Source of the DNA: Trichodesmium erythraeum IMS101
Lineage (GTDB): Bacteria > Cyanobacteriota > Cyanobacteriia > Cyanobacteriales > Microcoleaceae
Assembly: GCF_000014265.1 (NCBI RefSeq)
Contig: NC_008312.1
Coordinates: 1,350,001-1,382,000 of the forward strand
Direction of reading: 5' to 3'
DNA length: 32,000 bases
The notes beneath the pieces are model-generated. The model had not been told where the DNA came from. It searched no databases and worked only from the letters and a program-made list of their open reading frames with translations. Shown piece after piece: positions 21,359-27,288 of the stretch; the first letter of the stretch is position 1, and the number at the start of each line of letters is the position of its first letter. The position numbers were made by a program, and so were the translations under genes.

Positions 21359-21507
21359 ATGAGCAATAGTAAACCTAAGTCCAATTTCAAGTCCTTTTAT
21401 CGGCTCAAAAACTGGTCTGAGTATGATGCCTCCTTAAAACAGCAAGGAAGTATAACTTTTTGGCTGGCTCCCGAGGTGTTTCAGGAGTGGCTTAATCAGA
21501 CAAAAAC
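21359..21507 (+). pseudogene. N-terminal fragment of an IS5-family transposase, truncated at about 21507
   Basis: YRLKNWSEYDASLKQQGSITFWLAPEVFQEWL matches the conserved IS5-type N-terminus (NWxEYNxxLxxRGSLTFW). The reading frame then runs into reverse-complemented COP23-like sequence. Confidence 0.6.
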
Positions 21508-21616
21508 TGAATGCAGGCTTTTCTTGATAAAATTCCTCTAGTTGCCACCTATTTAAAACATCAGAAAAGTTGCAATAAACTCGTTTACCTTCAGCCAAAG
21601 TATTAGCCAGTTCCAC
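21508..21616 (-). pseudogene. 3' fragment of a second COP23-like gene (inverted relative to 4217-4837)
   Basis: The minus-strand reading NTLAEGKRVYCNFSDVLNRWQLEEFYQEKPAF compares with NTFAEGKRVYYDFSNVLNRWQLEEYSQEKPAF at the C-terminus of the 4217-4837 ORF. Confidence 0.8.
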
Positions 21617-21642
21617 AAAAAAATCTAACCCTAGATGCTAAA

Positions 21643-21677
21643 GGTGTTAGGTATTAGGTGTTAGGTATTAGGTTTAA
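21643..21677 (-). repeat. Heptamer repeat GGTRTTA x5 (reverse complement of the TAAYACC repeat at 3915-3957)
   Basis: The sequence reads ggtgtta ggtatta ggtgtta ggtatta ggtttaa. The flanking 21678-21725 is also homologous, in reverse complement, to 3866-3914. Confidence 0.85.
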
Positions 21678-21776
21678 GAATTAACAAATTGATAACATCT
21701 TACTACCAAATCTATTGATTTTGGCCATGCTGTTAAATCTCAATAACTTTTTACTCAAAATCAATTCTTTCTAACA

Positions 21777-21846
21777 ACCTGAAATCTAAAACCTGAAGTC
21801 TAAAACCTGAAATCTAAAACCTAAAATCTAAAACCTGAAAAATCTC
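21777..21846 (+). repeat. Tandem 14-mer (two alternating heptamers AAAACCT/GAAATCT), about 5 copies, upstream of the chelatase gene
   Basis: Direct reading gives cctgaaatctaaaa cctgaagtctaaaa cctgaaatctaaaa cctaaaatctaaaa cctgaaaaatct. Confidence 0.85.
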
Positions 21847-21919
21847 TGTCAAGTTGGCAAATACTTGTGACATCTTTAAACTGTATTTGTTTGACATATC
21901 TTTTTCAAAAAAATTGGCC

Positions 21920-24900
21920 ATGAAACGTATTGTTTTAATCGCAGGTTTTGAATCATTTAACACCGGACTCTATCGCCAAGCTGCTCAGTTAGCAACTTCT
22001 CGATGTCCAAATTTAGATATCCAAGTATTTAGCGATCGCGCACTTTCCACAGAACCAGAAAAAGTAGCCACCGCCTTAGAAAACGCTGATGTATTTTTCG
22101 GCAGTCTCCTCTTCGACTACGACCAAGTTCTGTGGTTACGCGAAAGAATACAACATATTCCCATCCGTCTCGTTTTTGAGTCAGCACTAGAATTAATGGC
22201 ATTAACAAAATTGGGAAAATTTATTATCGGCGACAAACCCAAAGGAATGCCAAAACCAGTCAAATTTATTCTCAGCAAATTTTCTAGCGGGAGAGAAGAA
22301 GACAAACTTGCAGGTTATATCAGTTTCCTGAAAACCGGTCCAAAATTACTCAAATTTGTACCAGTCAAAAAAGTGCAAGACCTCCGGAACTGGTTAATAA
22401 TTTACGGTTATTGGAATGCCGGCGGTACAGAAAACGTCGCTGCCATGTCTTGGGTATTGGCAGAAAAATATTTAGACTTAAAAGTAGGCGAAATACCTCC
22501 ACCACTCGAAACTCCCAATATGGGTTTACTCCATCCAGACCACCATGGTTATTTTGAGTCTCCCCGAAAATATCTTGAATGGTATCGCCAACAGAAACCA
22601 ACTTCCCCCACCCCAGTTGTCGGTATTCTACTCTACCGCAAACACGTCATTACCAAACAACCTTATATTCCCAAACTTATCCACAAATTTGAAGAAGCAG
22701 GTTTAACACCTCTTCCTATATTTATTAACGGTGTGGAAGGTCATGTTGCGGTCAGAGACTGGATGACCACCGCTCACGAAAGTCAGAAGTCAACCCCCCC
22801 ACTTACTCCCAAAGAAGGAAATAAAAAACATAATACCACTAATAGGTCAAAAAATTTGTCTCCTATTAGCAATAAACCAATACTTTCCCTATCTCCCGAA
22901 GCAGTGGAAGTCGATGCAGTTGTTTCTACTATTGGGTTTCCCTTGGTGGGAGGTCCTGCAGGTTCTATGGAAGCAGGGCGACAGGTAGAAGTTTCCCAGG
23001 CTATTCTCAATGCCAAAAATGTTCCCTATCTTGTAGCAGCACCCTTACTTATTCAAGATATCTATTCTTGGACTCGCCAAGGAGTGGGAGGTTTACAAAG
23101 TGTAGTCTTATATGCCTTGCCAGAATTAGATGGAGCAATAGATCCAGTTCCCCTAGGTGGTTTAGTAGGAGAAGATATTTATTTAATTCCCGAACGAGTA
23201 AAACGCCTCACAGGTAGAGTCAAAAATTGGATTAAACTACGTCAGACACCCCCGGCACAAAGAAAAATTGCTGTTATTCTCTATGGTTTTCCTCCCGGTT
23301 ATGGTGCTACAGGTACAGCAGCTTTATTAAATGTGCCCCGCTCGCTCCTGAAATTTCTCCATGCTCTCAAAGAGGAAGGTTACAATGTTGGGGAAATTCC
23401 TGAAGATGGGGAAGAACTGATTCGTCAAATTAAGGAGGCAGATGAGGCAATACAAAAAGCAGACCTATCGAAAGTAAATTTTAAAAGTCTCGAAAAATGG
23501 TTAGGCTATCTATCAATAACTCGCATGGAAAAACAATGGGGAAATCTCACAAATACTGGCATAAAAACCGATGGTAAAAATTTCCATATTGGGGGAATTC
23601 AATTAGGAAATATTTGGCTGGGGGTACAACCACCTCTGGGAATTTCTGGCGACCCTATGCGCTTAATGTTTGAAAGAGATTTAACACCCCATCCCCAATA
23701 TGCTGCTTTTTATAAATGGCTCCAAAATGAATTTCAAGCTGATGCTGTTGTTCACTTTGGTATGCATGGAACTGTGGAATGGTTACCCGGTTCACCTTTA
23801 GGAAATACTGGCTATTCTTGGTCGGATATTCTGTTAGGAAATATGCCACATCTATATATATATGCTGCTAATAATCCCTCAGAATCTATGTTGGCAAAAC
23901 GTCGGGGTTATGGGGTTTTGATTTCTCATAATATTCCTCCTTATAGTCGGGCAAGTTTGTATAAAGAATTGGTGAGTTTGCGAGAGTTAATTTCTGAATA
24001 TCGGGAAGATACACAGAAAAATTCTGGGTTACGGGAAGGAATTTTTAAGAAAATTTTTGATACTGGTTTAAATTCTGATTGTCCGTTTGAGTATGGGAAA
24101 AAATTAGGAATTGAATTTACTCCGGAAAATGCTCGGATGTTTAGTGCGGATATGGTTAATTCCTATTTTGTGGAGATTTATAACTATTTACAGGTTATAG
24201 AACAAAGATTATTTTCTTCTGGTTTACATACTTTGGGAGAGGTGCCGAACGAGGAAGAATTAAAATCTTATTTGGAGGCTTATTTTGGAGAAAAAATCGG
24301 AGATATAACTCAGGATTTTAGGGAAAGAGATACAGATAATTTAGTTAATAAAGATGCTGAAAAAATTCGGGAGCTGTTAATGCAAAATACTGATGAGTTG
24401 ACTAATCTTTTGCGGGGATTAAATGGAGAATATATTCCGGCTGCTCCAGGAGGAGATTTATTACGGGATGGTCCTGGAGTTTTGCCAACAGGAAGGAATA
24501 TTCATGCTTTGGATCCCTATCGAATGCCTTCTCCTGCTGCTTATGAAAGAGGACGAGAAATTGCTAGGAAAATTATTACTCAGCATCTGGAAGAAAATGA
24601 TAATTATCCTGAAACTGTGGCAGTAATGTTATGGGGTTTAGATGCTATTAAAACTCGTGGTGAATCTATAGGAATTTTATTAGAATTAGTAGGTGCTGAA
24701 CCAGTAAAAGAGGGTACCGGTCGTATTGTTCGTTATGAATTAAAAAGTTTAACTGAAGTCGGTCATCCCCGGATTGATATTTTAGGAAATTTATCGGGAA
24801 TTTTCCGGGATAGTTTTGTGAATATTATTGAATTATTAGATGATCTATTCCAACGAGCGGCAACAGCAGACGAACCTGTGGAGCAGAATTTTATCCGCAA

Positions 24901-25666
24901 ACATGCTTTAGCATTACAAGAGCAAGGAGTAGAAAATATTTCGGCGCGGTTATTTTCTAATCCTGCTGGTGATTTTGGTTCCTTGGTAAATGACCGAGTT
25001 GTTGATGGAAACTGGGAGTCTGGGGATGAGTTGGGCGATACTTGGCAAGGGCGAAATGTTTTTAGTTACGGTCGTCAAGATAAAGGTCAGGCACGACCAG
25101 AAGTTTTGCAGGAGTTGCTCAAGGGTTGCGATCGCATCGTTCAAGAAATTGATTCGGTGGAGTATGGTTTGACGGATATTCAGGAATATTATGCTAATAC
25201 TGGTGGGTTGAAGTTGGCAGCAGAAAAACAAAGGGGTAAGAAAGTCAGTGCGAGTTTTGTGGAAAGTTTCTCAAAGGATACCACCCCCCGAAAATTGGAA
25301 GATTTGTTGCGGATGGAATATCGCACAAAATTATTGAATCCTAAGTGGGCAGAGGCAATGGCAAATCAAGGTAGTGGAGGAGCTTACGAGATTTCTCAAC
25401 GGATGACGGCGTTGATAGGTTGGGGGGGTACCGCTAATTTTGTGGATAGTTGGGTTTATGATGGTGCAGCTGAGACTTATGCTTTGGATGCAGAGATGGC
25501 GAGGAAATTACGGGAGGCAAACCCGGAGGCGTTTCGGAATATTATTGGGCGGATGTTGGAGGCTAACGGACGGGGTTTTTGGCAAACAGATGATGAGAAG
25601 TTGGAGAAGTTGCGGGAGTTGTATGATGTGGTAGATGAGAATATTGAAGGTGTGAGTGTTGGGTAG
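21920..25666 (+). CDS. chlH: Magnesium chelatase subunit H family protein (ChlH/BchH-type, CobN superfamily), about 1248 aa
   Basis: The N-terminal layout IVLIAGFESFNTGLYRQAA...DVFFGSLLFDYDQV is of ChlH type rather than CobN type. Internal IGFPLVGGPAG and HFGMHGTVEWLPG are present. The C-terminal EANGRGFWQTDDEKLEKLRELYDVVDENIEGV resembles ChlH C-termini. I prefer the ATG at 21920 (MKRIVLIAG) to the track start at 21854. At this length it may be a second, shorter paralogue. Confidence 0.8.
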   Translation: MKRIVLIAGFESFNTGLYRQAAQLATSRCPNLDIQVFSDRALSTEPEKVATALENADVFFGSLLFDYDQVLWLRERIQHIPIRLVFESALELMALTKLGKFIIGDKPKGMPKPVKFILSKFSSGREEDKLAGYISFLKTGPKLLKFVPVKKVQDLRNWLIIYGYWNAGGTENVAAMSWVLAEKYLDLKVGEIPPPLETPNMGLLHPDHHGYFESPRKYLEWYRQQKPTSPTPVVGILLYRKHVITKQPYIPKLIHKFEEAGLTPLPIFINGVEGHVAVRDWMTTAHESQKSTPPLTPKEGNKKHNTTNRSKNLSPISNKPILSLSPEAVEVDAVVSTIGFPLVGGPAGSMEAGRQVEVSQAILNAKNVPYLVAAPLLIQDIYSWTRQGVGGLQSVVLYALPELDGAIDPVPLGGLVGEDIYLIPERVKRLTGRVKNWIKLRQTPPAQRKIAVILYGFPPGYGATGTAALLNVPRSLLKFLHALKEEGYNVGEIPEDGEELIRQIKEADEAIQKADLSKVNFKSLEKWLGYLSITRMEKQWGNLTNTGIKTDGKNFHIGGIQLGNIWLGVQPPLGISGDPMRLMFERDLTPHPQYAAFYKWLQNEFQADAVVHFGMHGTVEWLPGSPLGNTGYSWSDILLGNMPHLYIYAANNPSESMLAKRRGYGVLISHNIPPYSRASLYKELVSLRELISEYREDTQKNSGLREGIFKKIFDTGLNSDCPFEYGKKLGIEFTPENARMFSADMVNSYFVEIYNYLQVIEQRLFSSGLHTLGEVPNEEELKSYLEAYFGEKIGDITQDFRERDTDNLVNKDAEKIRELLMQNTDELTNLLRGLNGEYIPAAPGGDLLRDGPGVLPTGRNIHALDPYRMPSPAAYERGREIARKIITQHLEENDNYPETVAVMLWGLDAIKTRGESIGILLELVGAEPVKEGTGRIVRYELKSLTEVGHPRIDILGNLSGIFRDSFVNIIELLDDLFQRAATADEPVEQNFIRKHALALQEQGVENISARLFSNPAGDFGSLVNDRVVDGNWESGDELGDTWQGRNVFSYGRQDKGQARPEVLQELLKGCDRIVQEIDSVEYGLTDIQEYYANTGGLKLAAEKQRGKKVSASFVESFSKDTTPRKLEDLLRMEYRTKLLNPKWAEAMANQGSGGAYEISQRMTALIGWGGTANFVDSWVYDGAAETYALDAEMARKLREANPEAFRNIIGRMLEANGRGFWQTDDEKLEKLRELYDVVDENIEGVSVG

Positions 25667-25673
25667 TTTTTTC

Positions 25674-25850
25674 TGTTGGGTTTCGTGAGCTCAACTCTAC
25701 CTACAAAAGCATCAAGCTAGACGTAGGTGGGGTAGAACGGAGTGAAACCCAAGAAAAACATATTTTCAAGTCAGAAGTAGGTTAGCTTGAATAAACTGAG
25801 ACTGAACAAAAACATCTTTTGTTGGTTTTCGTGACTTCAACCCAACCTAC
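25674..25850. repeat. Three REP-like hairpin elements (+, -, +); the first two form an inverted doublet just after the chelatase stop
   Basis: tgttgggtttcgtgagctcaactctacctac lies at 25674-25704. Its near reverse complement cgtaggtggggtagaacggagtgaaacccaag lies at 25722-25752. ttgttggttttcgtgacttcaacccaacctac lies at 25819-25850. Confidence 0.75.
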
Positions 25851-25885
25851 AAAACTACAAAACTAATAATTATTATTTTAATTTT

Positions 25886-26391
25886 ATAGAATATCGTAGG
25901 GCAAAAAATACCAGGGGCAATTTATTTTTTCACAGCAGTAAAATACAAACGCTAGAAAGTTTTGTGTCAACCTGAAAATATAGATTTACTAAGAAAAGCT
26001 TTTCGATATGTTATGCAAAAATATCCATTTTAAATAGATGTTATTGTCATCCTGCTAGATTACCTCTATACTCTTTGAAAATTACCTAAAAATGATGCGG
26101 ATTTTTCTAATTGTTGGCAGTTAATTAAAAATTATTTTAGTCGTCAATGCTATTCTCAATATGAGGATAAAATTTTAATATCTCGACAATATACAAGGGA
26201 AAAAATTGTTCGGCAATGTAGGTTTTGGGAGCATCAAATTCAAAGGAATTTAGATTTTGCTAATCATATCAAATATATTGATTATCATCCAGTACATCAT
26301 GGATTAGTGGCTGCTCCCAAAGATTGAGAATACTCTAGTTTTATCGTTATATAAAAATAGGAATTTATGACAAAATGTGGGAGTCTTCATA
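25886..26391 (+). pseudogene. Decayed REP-associated tyrosine transposase (RAYT, IS200/IS605-like Y1 family)
   Basis: With stops and frameshifts it reads EYRRAK.IPGAIYFFTAVKYKR*KVLCQPENIDLLRKAFRYVMQKYPF*IDVIVILLDYLYTL*KLPKNDADFSNCWQLIKNYFSRQC...REKIVRQCRFWEHQIQRNLDFANHIKYIDYHPVHHGLVAAPKD*EYSSF. This matches the RAYT pattern (PDHLH...W..RFWEH.IRD..DF..H.DYIHYNPVKHGLV..P.DW.YSSF). Confidence 0.75.
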
Positions 26392-26775
26392 AACGATTAT
26401 TTTTGATAGTAATTTTTCCAGAGAATAAAACTATAATTTTTGCCAATAATTAAGGATATTGAGGGTATTATTATTGGGTAGTTTCTTAAGCAAAAATTTT
26501 ACATTTTCAAAGGGATTTAGATTTTGCTAATCATATCAAATATATTGATTATCATCCAGTATATCATGGATTAGTGGCTGCTCCCAAAGATTGAGAATAC
26601 TCTAGTTTTTATCGTTATATAAAAATAGGAATTTATGACAAAATGTGGGAGTCTTCATAAACGATTATTTTTGATAGTAATTTTGCCAGAGAATAAAACT
26701 ATAATTTTTGCCAATAATTAAGGATATTGAGGGTATTGTTATTGGGTAGTTTCTTAAGCAAAAATTTTACATTAC
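26241..26775 (+). repeat. Two-copy tandem duplication of about 267 bp (RAYT 3' end plus the region upstream of the HEPN gene)
   Basis: caaaggaatttagattttgctaatcatatc... at 26241 recurs as caaagggatttagattttgctaatcatatc... at 26508. Both copies run through ...gggtagtttcttaagcaaaaattttacatt with only a few substitutions or indels. Confidence 0.9.
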
Positions 26776-26790
26776 AGGAGGTAGATTTTT

Positions 26791-27237
26791 TTGGATAATA
26801 ACTCAGATACTTATGGCAGAACTATTTATTTAGGTGCTTCTCGACGTCGCCTTGAAGATGCTGAAGCGCTCTATAATCAAGAACGTTGGAATGGTGCTAT
26901 TTACATGGGTGGTTATGCTATTGAATGCGCTCTCAAATCTCTCCTTTGTCATGAGGAAGACATAGTGAATTTTAAGAAGACAAAAGTATTTAAGCGCTTA
27001 AAAGGTTCAAATTTACATGATTTAGAACAGCTATTAGAAGCTTCGTATATATGTAAAGGAGTTAAAGATTCAAAAAAAGATCAATCTCTTAAAAAGGCAT
27101 GGGACACAGTTAAATTATGGCAAAATGATAAGTTACGATACTCAGATAAAAAGGGTGATAAAATTGAGGCTAGCAAGTTTATTTATGCAGTAAAAATACT
27201 ACATGGATATTTCTTGGCAAAACTACAAGCTTATTGA
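26791..27237 (+). CDS. HEPN-domain protein (148 aa)
   Basis: AGGAGG at 26776-26781 lies 9 nt before the TTG start. The helix pattern is ASRRRLEDAEALYNQERWNGAIYMGGYAIECALKSLL, NLHDLEQLL and LWQNDKLRYSD...EASKFIYAVKIL. This matches the classical HEPN layout (A..L.....W..A......A.E.ALK.LL / H.L..L / ...RY). Confidence 0.6.
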   Translation: MDNNSDTYGRTIYLGASRRRLEDAEALYNQERWNGAIYMGGYAIECALKSLLCHEEDIVNFKKTKVFKRLKGSNLHDLEQLLEASYICKGVKDSKKDQSLKKAWDTVKLWQNDKLRYSDKKGDKIEASKFIYAVKILHGYFLAKLQAY

Positions 27238-27288
27238 TGCAGTAAAAAAACTACATAGATATTTATTGAGCAAACAAGGAGAAGGCTA

